Source of the DNA: Vicugna vicugna
Lineage: Eukaryota
Assembly (NCBI GenBank): GCA_013265495.1
Contig: MU058423.1
Location: forward strand, 3,115,061 to 3,179,060
Direction: 5' to 3'
DNA: 64,000 nt
The position numbers and the translations under genes were made by a program. Under the pieces are notes generated by a model, which saw only the letters and a list, made by a program, of their open reading frames with translations, was not told the origin of the DNA and did no database searches. Below, piece after piece: positions 13,301 through 24,813 of the stretch. Within the stretch, counting starts at the first letter, position 1. Each line of letters starts with the position of its first letter.

Positions 13301-14116
13301 TGAAAATTGAATAAAGGAAAACTTTTTAGCCTTTTACTCAACTACAAAGCACACAGTCTGATTTATTACACTGTTCATACTTCAGTATCATTTTTCAAAG
13401 TCTTGATCAGATGACTGGCCACTGACTTTTTTTCTTTTCTTTTGTATGGGTTTAGAGAAGGAAATTGGAAAGATAAAAGCTAGAGTTTTCACTGACTTTC
13501 AACTTCAAAACATCTGTCTGTGTCAGTAATTTTTTTCAGACTGAGAATTTTTTAGAATTAGAATCAAAAATGTGATTCTAGTCTGGTTCCTTTTTATTTC
13601 TTTAACCAAAACTAGATTATTGTTCACTCTCAGACATTACAGCATGTTTTTTCCTATAGCAATGTCAATCCAAACCAGCATCTAAAGAAAATTCCCTGGG
13701 TTTTCTAAACTAAAAAAAAAAAAAAATCCTAAGAGATTTCACTTTAGAAAGGAAATAGGGGAAAGAAAAAGGTAAACACAAATCAAACATGCAGAAACAT
13801 TTGAAATAAAAAGGATAAACAATACAATGTTTTAATTTTTGCATTTTCATTGATAAATTTCTGAGTGAGTCTAGAGATACAAAATTTAAACACTTTTTTA
13901 TGAAAGAAAATAATTATACCTTTACCATTTCTAAGTTCATGATAAAAGCTATAAAATGCTGTGTTCTATATTAATAAATTAACAGGTAAAGCGAAGGGGT
14001 ATGAAAGTTGAGCTTCCTATGGTGTGTATCTCTCTGGATGAGGTAAACATGACACAAGTAACTTAAATGCAAATCTTGAGGGCAAGGAAACTGGGTTTTG
14101 AGGACCTAACACTTAC

Positions 14117-14246
14117 CATGCAAACTGTTGTCAATTTCAATATTTTCAGACATCACTGAATTGTTTGTGCTATAGCTCAGACCAAGAACCATTTGAAGAT
14201 CTGAGAGATTCAGTCGTGCTGTTAGTTCACCACTTCTGTCCCCAAC
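14117..14246 (-). CDS. GPSM2: GPSM2 coding exon 10
   Basis: VGDRSGELTARLNLSDLQMVLGLSYSTNNSVMSENIEIDNSLH; tag/GTAAGT boundaries; 130 nt. Confidence 0.96.
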
Positions 14247-15077
14247 CTACAAGCACAAGCATTTACATTTTAGAGTCGTATTTAAAGTAAAGGATGGTGA
14301 AGATTCGTTGAAAATGTTGTGAACCTGAAACTGGAAAAAAAAATATAGAGAAATGAAATAGTTATTTTAGAATTATAACATTACGGATGATACTGGTTTT
14401 TCCGTTAACAGTATTTTAAAGAAAGAAAAGGGAAGTTTCTAAAATATGGCAGTAGGACAGCTATATATTCTATAAATTCTTCTCTAAATATTAGATTGCT
14501 CTTAATCTCTATGATCACATTAAATAATAATATAAATGATTGTGACATGTTAACTTGGTATCACATGAATAAAATTTCTTTAGAATACTTTATTCCCACA
14601 CTATAGAAACAGTTAGTATTTATTTATTTAACCAACAGTACACATTATACAATTTGCAAAGTAGATATTATTATTATTCCCATTTTACAGATGAGAGAAA
14701 TGAGGCTCAGAAAAGGTTTCCAGGCACAAATAGCCAGCAAGTGGCAGAACTGTAACAGGAACCAGTCCTCAATTCCATAAACCATGTTCTTCCTTTCATA
14801 CCACACTACTCTTCCATGTAGAGATGGGAGTACACTGGAGGCATACTTCAGTAATCTTCCCATTCCTCCATGTCAGCCTTACCTTCCTGTCTTCCTATAT
14901 CAAGGCCAGTGCAAACATACCTCTGATCTGTATCTCAGAATGTTTTATGTAGTTCTTACACCAAGAGAACATATAATTAAATTTATTACTCAGCCATATA
15001 GGAGCATTCTAGAAAAATAAGAGGGCTGCAGATCTGTGAATCACAACAGCACAGATAACACTTTTTTAGTTTCATAC

Positions 15078-15186
15078 CTCTCTTGAAATTTCCAAGTGCT
15101 TTTCAGCAAAATGCATCGCTTGATCATGATTTCCTAGAGCTGTGTATGCATTTCCTAAGCTCCAACATGCTCTTCCTTCACCAATT
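15078..15186 (-). CDS. GPSM2: GPSM2 coding exon 9 (TPR)
   Basis: IGEGRACWSLGNAYTALGNHDQAMHFAEKHLEISRE; tag/GTATGA boundaries; 109 nt. Confidence 0.96.
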
Positions 15187-15346
15187 CTACAAAATAATTC
15201 AAAGCTAACATGCAGTTATCTGGAAGGAGGTCTGTGTGAGAAGTAAAATCTATTTAGTAGTAATCAGAGGTATAAACAATGCTTTGGATTTATTTGATCT
15301 TTCTTACAAAGAGCAAACTATCATAATACTAGAGACAGAAAGTTGG

Positions 15347-15522
15347 CAGCCATTATCTTTGGGTTCTGCATCCATGGATTCAACCAACCACAACTGGAAG
15401 AACTCCCAGATATGGAGGGCCAGCCATACCACACCATTTTATATGAGACCTGAGCCTCCATGGCTTTGGGTATCCACGGAGGTCCTAGAACCAAACCCCT
15501 GAGGATACTGAGAGACAACTGT
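15347..15522. mobile_element. Tigger-family (MER2-like) DNA transposon remnant
   Basis: gcatccatggattcaaccaaccac...ggatactgagagacaactgta terminal motif. Confidence 0.65.
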
Positions 15523-16311
15523 AGTGGAATACCCAGATAATACTGAACTCAGAGTGAAGTTTCAAAATGAAAACATGCAGTTTTCATTTTAAACATGCAG
15601 TGTGCTATAAAACAAAGTCTCAGGGATAGGTCTTATAGTTCAACTACCCCACTTTCTTTCTATGACAGCCTTTCCAGGTAATCATTCAGTCTGTTTGAAC
15701 ATCACGAGGAAGAGAGAACTCACTCCCTCTTGAGGTAGCATATACTTCATTTTTAATAACTGTACAGGGAAGTTCTCCATACTGAGATAAAAGTCTGTCT
15801 TACTAAAGCAAATGTCACAAACTGAAGTCCTGCACAAACACTGTTTCTTCATACAGTTAAAAAAAAGAGCCATCAACACTTAAAAATCAGAAGATTTGAT
15901 AGAAAGCTCAGGACTTCCAGCTTCTCTTGAAAAAAGAGGATGCTCTGGACATAACAGACCCTCAGACACGTGGCTGTAGTGGAACAGCAGCTATCCCCTT
16001 AACGTTGGCCTAATGTCTAATTTCACCACAATCCCCACACTGATCTACTCAGGAGGACCTTTGCAGGCAACCGAGTTTGTGGCCTGATCATTGATCTCAG
16101 CTCAAGGTTATATGGAGCCAGTCTAGTCCTCTAACACGTGCTAGCCCTTCAAACAGTAACATACAGAGGATGTTACTGAAACAGGAAATTCCTTAAAAGG
16201 AAATTAAAGAGAAAACAAAGAAAACAAACTCTTCTTAAAGACAAAGGGAAAATTCTAGGGATTCAACAATGTATATTTTATCATAACTATGTAAAAAAGT
16301 GTGTAACTTAC

Positions 16312-16467
16312 CTATCGTTAAGCTCTTGAGCAATTGCTAAGTGCTTCAGATGATAATCGATGGCCTTTTCATAATCTTGAAGTAAAGTATGCGTGTTCCC
16401 GAGACTGTAGCAGGACTGCGCCTCCACAGCTCTGTCCTTCAGCTGCCGAGCCAGCAGCAGTGTCTTT
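16312..16467 (-). CDS. GPSM2: GPSM2 coding exon 8 (TPR)
   Basis: KTLLLARQLKDRAVEAQSCYSLGNTHTLLQDYEKAIDYHLKHLAIAQELNDR; cag/GTAAGT boundaries; 156 nt. Confidence 0.96.
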
Positions 16468-17369
16468 CTGAAAGGAGAAATTAACTCTCACATACTGGAG
16501 TACTTTTATTTTTGACTGTAATAATCATAAAACTGATTTTTCCTCCTGCCTTTAAAGAAAGTCTATTTTAGAGGCTAGTATCTCATACTTTCTCCATTAC
16601 TTCTAGATAAAATGAAAAGAAGTCTTTGAAACACAAAAAGCAAATCCAGAGTTTAAGAACAAATTTGAGAGGCTCATTAATTCCCCAGAGAAAAGGAGAA
16701 CTGACATGAGACCGCACGCCTCTAAAGATCAGCATAGAATTTTTAACATAAACAAACTTTCCCTGTTGTGCAATAACTTGAAGTAAGTGACCTTCATCCA
16801 CGTAACCTCGCTTTTCAATCACATTATTCCCTTTACATTTTGTCAAAATTGAAAATACTTAGTTAAAATTCTTATGTGTAGGCCACTAACCACCAATTCA
16901 TGAAAAATATTAAATACTACATTTAAATTAACCAAATTCTATCTAATGCAAATGGGATCATCAAGGAGAAGCTAGTGTCGCAGTTAAGAGCATGAAGCCT
17001 AGAGCTAGATTGTCTGGGTTCAGATCCCAACTTTGTCAGGCACCACCTCTGCGTTTGGGGCTGTCACTCACCTCTCCACATGCACTAGTTTCCTTATATG
17101 TAAAATAAGAGGAAACACCTCACAGGGTTTTGTGAGGTCTGAACGAATTAGTATATACAGTGTGCTTAGAACAGCACGTTGCTCACAGTAGATGCCAATA
17201 CCTGTTAGCACTGTCTCATTGTTAACGGTGCTTAAACCTACAGATGCTTTTGGATCCAGTAATTTAAATGACTCTTTCCTATAATTTCTTCCAAACAGTA
17301 TAAATACATCATATTATCTATAACCATATGAAAAATAACTATATGATAATGTGATAGATTTTTAGGCAA

Positions 17370-17740
17370 ACAAACCTGAAATTACATATTTAATGATGAT
17401 ACCTTCAGAGCTGTCACCTGAGGAGGCTACACACTTATTCTAACACTGCCTGCCCTCTGAGACATTTTTGGAAGACTTCTGGAATTCCCTTCAGATCCTC
17501 TGGCACAACCTCTTCTGACACATCATCATTACTCTTTGAGAGTACAGTTAATTTGGAAATGGTTGGACATCTTTCTGGAACCAAATTCAATCACTAAAGT
17601 AGGTTTACCACACTACTGCTTTCTGTCCTAAAGGGTACAGATCTATAATGTTAAGATAGTCTTCTTGTTGTGGCCCTGAAAACAATTCCAAAGAAGAGTT
17701 CCAAAAATACTTTTAACCAATATTTTTGGAATATGTGTAA
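17370..17740. mobile_element. Mariner-like (MARNA-type) relic
   Basis: gtcacctgaggaggctacacacttattc...acatttttgga and attccaaagaagagttccaaaaa (IPKEEFQK-like) segments. Confidence 0.55.
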
Positions 17741-17943
17741 AGTTATGAGTTCTACCGTGCTTGCGGGTGTGTGGGCCAGTAAGTTTCATTCCTTTTTACT
17801 CATGCTTCTTTAGTCAAATAGCCACCACCCACTTTATTACAGAACTGTTCAATATTTCGTACAAATACATCATTCATTAACTGAAACGCTTCTGTCTTTT
17901 TAAATTTAAAATAGATGAAACTTTTATATTTAAAATCAAAATA

Positions 17944-18130
17944 AGGGAGGAGGATATAGCTCAAGGGTAAAGCACACACTTAGCATGCACGAGGTCCTGG
18001 GTTCAATCTCCGGTACCTCCTCTAAAAATAAACAAAGCTAACTGCCTCCCCCCCAAATAAAAAAAAATTACAATAATAAACACTTTTTTAAAGGTGGTTA
18101 AAAAATAAAAAAATGAAAAATAAAATAAAA
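17944..18130 (+). mobile_element. tRNA-derived SINE, camelid type
   Basis: tatagctcaagggtaaagc (A-box), gggttcaatctcc (B-box), A-rich tail. Confidence 0.85.
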
Positions 18131-18749
18131 ATATATACTCCTTGTATAATACTATGTTTTATTTGCAAGGATATTTCACATCTAACTAAGTCAGTTAGAA
18201 TAGCCAACAGATATCAACCATTAGTCAAATTTTAAAGGAGGGTGGGATGACATTCTAGTTTTTCAGATGGACCTAAAGCAGTTTTACCTTTTACAGATGA
18301 CAAAATATCCAGAGCTCTCTCACACTGGATTTTTTAACAATAAAAATTATATTAATCAGTGTATCTTTGGTTCAGTCAGACTGGCTTCTGTCTAAGGTCT
18401 GTATGGGCCTTCAATTCCCACTAATTAGGAAAAACGCCAAACCACCTAGAAAGCACAGCACAGGCAATATGAAGCAGTCTGAACCTCACTATCATCTGTG
18501 TTTCAAGTCTACTGATATAGCAGAAAGATCCTGCCACTGAAGAAGCTGGGATTTCTAGCTCCTCAAATAAAAGAATGGAGCCTCAGCTTATAGTGAGGAT
18601 CAAAGATGGGCAGAGAGAGGCTGAAAGGAGAACTGCTGGATGAGCCGGCAGGATGGATGGTGGGGAAAACAATTTAGTGATCACTGCTGGGAACTAGGCT
18701 TCTATCTGTTAACCAGGCTTTCTTATGGCCTCTCTGCAAACCTGTAATT

Positions 18750-18771
18750 GGGGGGGGGGGGGGGGGGGGGG
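18750..18771 (+). repeat. G22 homopolymer
   Basis: Direct reading. Confidence 0.95.
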
Positions 18772-19180
18772 TGCAGGGGGTGCTGAAGCATATAAACATA
18801 CACACCACACATGCTAAACAGGTTTAAAAGGCTTTAAAAGTTTAGAAATTCATTTAAAAAAATTAGTTTTAAAGATAAAAGCTAATAAAAAATCAAGGGC
18901 CATACTGCTGCTATTAAATCTTAGGTACGGCAGGATGTATTGAGCACTGTGTGTCATGTACTGCGCTAAATAAGTGCTTCATATATTCTTCCATTCAATC
19001 CTCACAACAATCCCAAAAGCAAAGTATTGGTATCTTCTGTTATGGATGAGAAAACTGGGACTTAGAAAGCCACGGTCCTGTTGCTAGTGTGCAGCAAAAA
19101 CGGTTAAAACCCAAAGCCTATGATCTATTGGATTGCACAGCTACTCATTTTACATTTATCTACAGAAATATTAGACTAAC

Positions 19181-19296
19181 TTGTAATATTCAGAGGCAGT
19201 TTCAAATTCACCAAGAAATATATACGCATTTCCAAGGTTGCTGTATGCTCTTCTTTCAGCCGCTTTATCTCCAAATTCTTTTGCAATAAGGAGACG
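19181..19296 (-). CDS. GPSM2: GPSM2 coding exon 7 (TPR)
   Basis: RLLIAKEFGDKAAERRAYSNLGNAYIFLGEFETASEYY; cag/GTTAGT boundaries; 116 nt. Confidence 0.96.
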
Positions 19297-19406
19297 CTGA
19301 AACAGAAAATTTTAATTAGATACAACTATAATAAAACTAAAGAATAATCTAATCACTGTTCAAAACTGATGGAGAAAATAACCTGGCTCTAAAGTCTTGC
19401 ACGTAC

Positions 19407-19530
19407 CTGCTCATGAGCTATAACTGCATCCCTGAAGTTCCCAAGGAGGTATTGCGTGTTTCCAAGGTTTCCAAAGGCACGCCCCTGGGCTGCTCGGTCT
19501 CCCAAAGCGGTCACCAGTGATAGGTTTTCC
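19407..19530 (-). CDS. GPSM2: GPSM2 coding exon 6 (TPR)
   Basis: ENLSLVTALGDRAAQGRAFGNLGNTQYLLGNFRDAVIAHEQ; tag/GTACGT boundaries; 124 nt. Confidence 0.96.
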
Positions 19531-19903
19531 CTAGGTAATAACAAAAAGTTGTGAAAACATAAATTTAAGGAAAAAAATTACTGATTTTATTTACAAATCT
19601 CTTTCTATCAGAAAAAAAAATTTAATGTGCCACACATTTTAAAGACATCTATGATGGAGGGTGATTATAGGAAATAGCTGGGAACATTTTACTCATACAT
19701 TCAGGTAGGTTTCTGCCCAGAGTCACAGACAGAGTTAATCTTAGAACCCCTATAGCTAGCTGAGAAGTTCTATGAAATTCTACTGTACTCCAAATAACTT
19801 TAGACTAACCACTGACATTTCTTGTTTGTGCCACTAAGTGGCACTGGTCTGCAGCTTAAATGAAAGCTTTCCCAGGGAGGGAGGGGACTGCTGCTATACT
19901 CAC

Positions 19904-20046
19904 TCATAGTAATCCACGGCTGCCTGCAGAGCGGTTCTTACTTCTTCTGGAAATTCTCCTACGTCCTGAGGACCAGGGCAGCCAAAACTTTTCCCCTTGG
20001 CATGATACACATTTCCAAGATTGTAAAGTGCTCTTGCTTCTCCCAC
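19904..20046 (-). CDS. GPSM2: GPSM2 coding exon 5 (TPR)
   Basis: VGEARALYNLGNVYHAKGKSFGCPGPQDVGEFPEEVRTALQAAVDYY; tag/GTGAGT boundaries; 143 nt. Confidence 0.96.
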
Positions 20047-20396
20047 CTAGACGAAGGTAACAGTTTACATTTTGAGATCAGAGGCCAGGTATTGTATTAC
20101 TTACCACATATATTCATAATATCCTCGATATTATAGTCAAGGGAAAGAAACGTGTACCTAGTAGCCATCCATACAGGACCCGACAAACGACTACTTACGA
20201 AAGAAGGACCTCTCACTGCTTCCTTTTTCTCACTTACTAAAAAATTTGTATTACGTGTTTCTTTTTCTTCAACTTTTCTACAGAAAAGTTTTTTGGTATT
20301 AACTTTTAGATAAACTACAGAATAATTAAATAGAATTAAAACACAAAGCAATTTCCGTGCAAACATTTGGCCTACCATCTAATGTTTCCTTATTAC

Positions 20397-20532
20397 CTTG
20401 TCATTGAGCTCTCTGGAAATATCTAGGTGTCGCTGACAACAAACTACAGCTTCGTCAAAATTCCCAAGAACCTTTAAGGTGTTCCCCAGGTTGCCACTGG
20501 CTTTGGCTTCCCCCAGCTGGTCTCCAATAGTC
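20397..20532 (-). CDS. GPSM2: GPSM2 coding exon 4 (TPR)
   Basis: TIGDQLGEAKASGNLGNTLKVLGNFDEAVVCCQRHLDISRELNDK (within ORF 20379..20561); cag/GTAATA boundaries; 136 nt. Confidence 0.97.
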
Positions 20533-20903
20533 CTGGAAAGAAAAAAAAGAAAGCAAGCCAATGGTGTGTTAAAATATAAAGCAGCCAGAATAGTTTTCCC
20601 TAGAGAACAACTGACAGGCTTAAGGTAAGAAAGACCTTGAAACCTATTTTTAATTAAAATTTTAAACTTACATTTCTGTATTTAAATCTAATTAATGTCA
20701 TTCATGTAATTAAACTCCATAGGTCTCTGCACTGCTATTCATGTATTTAATGAAACTGTCTGACCTAAAGATTAGTTTTAAAACGCAGTGCTAACGAACT
20801 GGAACTCGTAAATGTAGTTAGTTTTTTTTTAATGAATGAAAGTGTTTTTTAAAGGGACAGTTAATTCAGGGAGAAAGAGTATGAGAAAACCCAGACTGAT
20901 TAC

Positions 20904-21125
20904 CTGGCAAGAGTTAAGTCATGGTGATGGTATTCTAATGCTTTGGCATAATCATGCAAATAGAAATAAGCGTTGCCCAGCTGGCTGTAAATAGCACTCA
21001 GCGTCTTCAGGTCCTCAGTTCCGACTTGAACCGCAGCTTCAAAGAATGACACCCCAGCCCGGCAGTCTCCCGACTTACACAGACGTTCCCCTTCCAAGGC
21101 CAGTTCTAGGCAAGAAGCTTCCATT
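20904..21125 (-). CDS. GPSM2: GPSM2 coding exon 3 (TPR)
   Basis: MEASCLELALEGERLCKSGDCRAGVSFFEAAVQVGTEDLKTLSAIYSQLGNAYFYLHDYAKALEYHHHDLTLAR (ORF 20900..21139); cag/GTAATC boundaries; 222 nt. Confidence 0.97.
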
Positions 21126-21375
21126 CTGTAAAATTGCACAGGACAGACATGTACAACGTTACATTACAGCTGCATCACAGTTTTTAACTTCTAGTAATAC
21201 AATTTAAACGTGGACTGGCTACTGTTGCTTAGAAGATGCCTCCATAATTGAGTTACTCTGCATTACTGATAAAATAGTAAACTATTATTACTTACAGCAA
21301 AAGCTAATTTGCTTATTCATATGTCTCTGAACCATAGAGGTCTTTTTTACAGGATAGCTAAGTATCTCTATATGA

Positions 21376-22078
21376 AGCTAATGAAATAAAATTCACATTT
21401 TTGGGCAAGATGAGAAAAATTTAAACATAAAATTTTCCTTTGCCTGCTGGGCTTCCTTCTCTCCCCTTTAGTGTGCGTTGCGCATCTGCATTAACCAGAC
21501 CTCCTTAGAAGGCAACATTTCTTCTTAATCTCATCAAGGACTCACAGCTCCTTAGGAGATACCTTCCTTCTTAATCCTGTAAGGGGCCACAATGACCCAT
21601 GATCCACTACTTGCTTTGTACGTGTAGGTCTGGATTGTGTAAAATGTCAATAATACATCATCGAAAGTACAGCCCTCCGTCTCAAAAATTTATATAACTG
21701 TTTTATATATAGTAGTTCATATCCCCTAATCCCAAACTCCCAATTTATCCCTCCCCCTATCTTTCCCCTTTGGTAACCATAAATTTGTTTTCTGTGTCTA
21801 TGACTCTGTTTTGTAAATAAGTTCATTTGTCTTTTTTTTAGATTTCACATGTGATACCATATGACTGAATCACTATGCTGTACACTGGAAACTGACACAC
21901 TGTAAATCAACTATACTTCAATTTTTAAAAGAATTATATAACTATGCTTTTACCTCCAACAGGCGGAATAGTTGTCAGTGCTTTCTAAGAGACTGTTCCC
22001 ATGTTATAATCCTCAATTTGGCTCAAACAAAAATTTCCGTTTCTTTCTTAGATCGACTGATTAATTTTTTCATCCACA
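21376..22078 (+). mobile_element. Solo LTR (ERV-like) interrupted by an inverted L1 fragment
   Basis: Homologous to 24351-24813 (shared gtctcaaaaa..., aatcctca...gctcaaa..., gattaatttttt...ca end). Confidence 0.7.
21700..21928. mobile_element. Short L1 3' end with a 5' inversion
   Basis: Antisense L1 3'UTR (~21701-21862) joined to a sense L1 terminus (actgaatcactatgctgtacac...caactatacttcaa); TSD-like repeats 21685-21699 and 21929-21943. Confidence 0.75.
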
Positions 22079-22963
22079 GAGCTCATTCTAATTGGCCCAC
22101 CCAGAGCAACCAACTTTACCAATGAAAGGACCAAAGTAGTGTTTCCTAAACTGTTCTGAGTTGTGGCAGACTTACAGACTTCCTGAGCGTTTGGGGAGAA
22201 GAGGGGTGCCTGTGGGAGGTGAAGTCCTATAACTAATACTCCTCTCTATCCAGGTATCCAGGTGATCTACTCAAACTGTCCATCGAGCCCTCCCACCACA
22301 CATCTCTACCTCATCCTCTTCTCACCACCACAGGATCACTTACACCTTAGACAAACAGGAGCAAAATATCTTGGTGCACAAGTACACTTCCATGAGAGAA
22401 TTAAGTGTCAAGAAACTTTACGTTAGAAAGCAATGATTTAAAGATTTGCAGAAATTCTAATTCTCAAAATCTGTCACTGAATTTTAAAAGCCAGAAAAAT
22501 TTAAGTTACCGTAAATATATCTAGGAGAAAAAGCACCAATACTTCAGGTTCTTATCCTAAACTTTGGTAGGTGCTCTTAACCAAAGCTGCCACTGTGTTT
22601 CTTCAACATTTTCGTGATTTCTGCCATATCTATGAAATAACAGTCACTCACTTAAACGTGTTTCTATAATTTGGAAAATTCCTTTAAATTGGCACATGCC
22701 ATTAAAATAAAAAAATTGCTTCATCCAAAGCAGTATCTGTGAAACTGTGAGTCTGATGTGATACTTATGTTTATTTTGTAACACGCATTAAAACAAATAC
22801 GTAACTATTAAAATAAAAAAGTAAGTAAAATTACCTTATGTACCACCAGTAGGTACACCAGTACCACCCTTTGGAAAATTGTGATTTAGCTCATCAGGCA
22901 TTTTAATTTTTGGAGCAGCTCTGAATTTCTCCTTCCTAGAATTAGCTTTGAGCAACTCTACCA

Positions 22964-23130
22964 CAGCGGTGGTTCTTCACCCAGGATGCACAACAGCAGA
23001 GCTCACACGGAGTGATTCTTAAAACTCTCAGTGCTGGGTCCCACCCCCGGGGTATAAGGCCTGGCCTTCAGCATTGTTTAAAAGCCCCCAGGTAATTTCA
23101 ACGGACAAGCCACGGTTGAGAATCACTGCC
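22964..23130. mobile_element. MER5-like hAT MITE
   Basis: Inverted termini cagcggtggttctt... / ...ttgagaatcactg. Confidence 0.65.
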
Positions 23131-24350
23131 TTAACAGGAAATGTAAATTAAACTACCATTCACCCTAAATTTATTCTAATATATTATACTTTTGTATTTT
23201 TAGTAGCAGGTCAATTAATATATTTCTTCAGGTGCTATCTTTTGGCCTATAAAATCTATAAAACTTCAAAGTTCTTTAGAGTTATAAATTAAAATGGAAT
23301 TGTAAAAGTGGAAAATAAATCAGATGAAGCTAAAAGAAAAGTCTGGACTAAGACTAATAGATCCAATTACAAAGGTCCAAAGCAGATTTCGGGCTCAGAA
23401 TAAGCAGATATATGGGAATATATATACATATATATATACACACACATACACATATACATATCTAATAGGTAATTTTCATGTTTTATATCCAGGTATCTTT
23501 TTAAAAAAAAAGAATTCAAGTGATTTAGCCAAAAGCTTCTGTTGGTTCAAAGTTAGACTAGTGATTTCACCCTCACTTTATGGATCAAGGTAAAATAATG
23601 CAAGTTAACCTCTTTTTAACATTTTGCTTCAACATTAGACCAAGTCAATTAGATATGGAGAGGGAGGTCTACAGCACATGGAAAAAGAAATCATTTATTA
23701 GAAATCTTAAATTGCTATATATATGTTTCTTTATAAGTCATTTCAAATTAATAAAGCCTATTTTTGTCTCACAAGTGAAAACTGCCCTTTAGAACTGTAT
23801 TTTGAAGATGAGAGATTTCATAAAAGAAAAAGATTATTTTTGCTTAAGGTTTCTGAGGTTACTGGCATATTCTGTGTGTAAAGAGAAGTGAGTCAGCAAA
23901 AGATTAATATGTAAAAATGCTAGATGAGGCACCTGACCTAGTTGTCTTTATTTGTCTAAATACTGAAGCCACTGAATCTCTAAGACTAATCATGGGGGGA
24001 AAAATCAGAAAAGATGTTTCTACATATAAAATACATTACTTCTTTAATTAAAAAATTTAATTGAAGCATACCAATTAAGTAAAAAAATTATATATTGAGC
24101 AATTTCACTGCCAGGAATTTATCTTAAAGCTGTAAGTACATAAACTCAAAGGATGTTCACAGCAGCAAAAAAACTACGAACAATTTAAATGTCCATTAAC
24201 AGAGTGTTGGTGAAAAAAATTAGATGTCACCATCAAATGGAATACTAATGATGGCACATGATTTCACTGAGGGAGAGGTAGAGAGACAGTCACACACAGA
24301 ACATCAGTTCAGGACAATCAGGTTGCTGGCCAGGAAATGAGGGATAAGGC

Positions 24351-24813
24351 TATTGATGAAACAAAGTTATTTTTAAGGCAGGGCAAAAAAATTAACATTT
24401 CTTTTTGCTGTTTGAGTTACTATCCTCTCCCCTTTGGTGTGCATTGTGCATTTGCACTATACATTAACTAGATTCCCTAAGAAGACACAGGAATGCCTAC
24501 TTGCCAAAAAAAAAAAAAAGCAATTCTTCCTGGAGCCAGCAAAGGAATTCCTTAGAACATTCCTTTCTCAGTCCCATAAGGGGTCACAATAATCCACTAC
24601 TCGCCTTGCTGGACTATGTAAACTGTCAACGTGTTATTTTGATGTACAAGCCTTTGTCTCAAAAACTTACATACTGCGCCTTGACCTCTAACAGGTGGAA
24701 CAGTCCTCAGAGCTTTCTAAAAGACTATCTCCCAAGTTACAATCCTCAGGTTAGCTCAAATAAAATTTTCCATTTCTTTCTAAGGTTGACTATTGATTAA
24801 TTTTTTGTCAACA
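24351..24813 (+). mobile_element. Solo LTR (ERV-like), same family as 21376-22078
   Basis: Imperfect inverted termini tattgatgaaac... / ...ttttttgtcaaca; AATAAA near 24759. Confidence 0.7.

Noticed and set aside
17944..18020. tRNA-like sequence (also near 4100, 46750 and 57190)
   Set aside because: SINE heads with A-rich tails and, in most copies, TSDs; no intact acceptor stem
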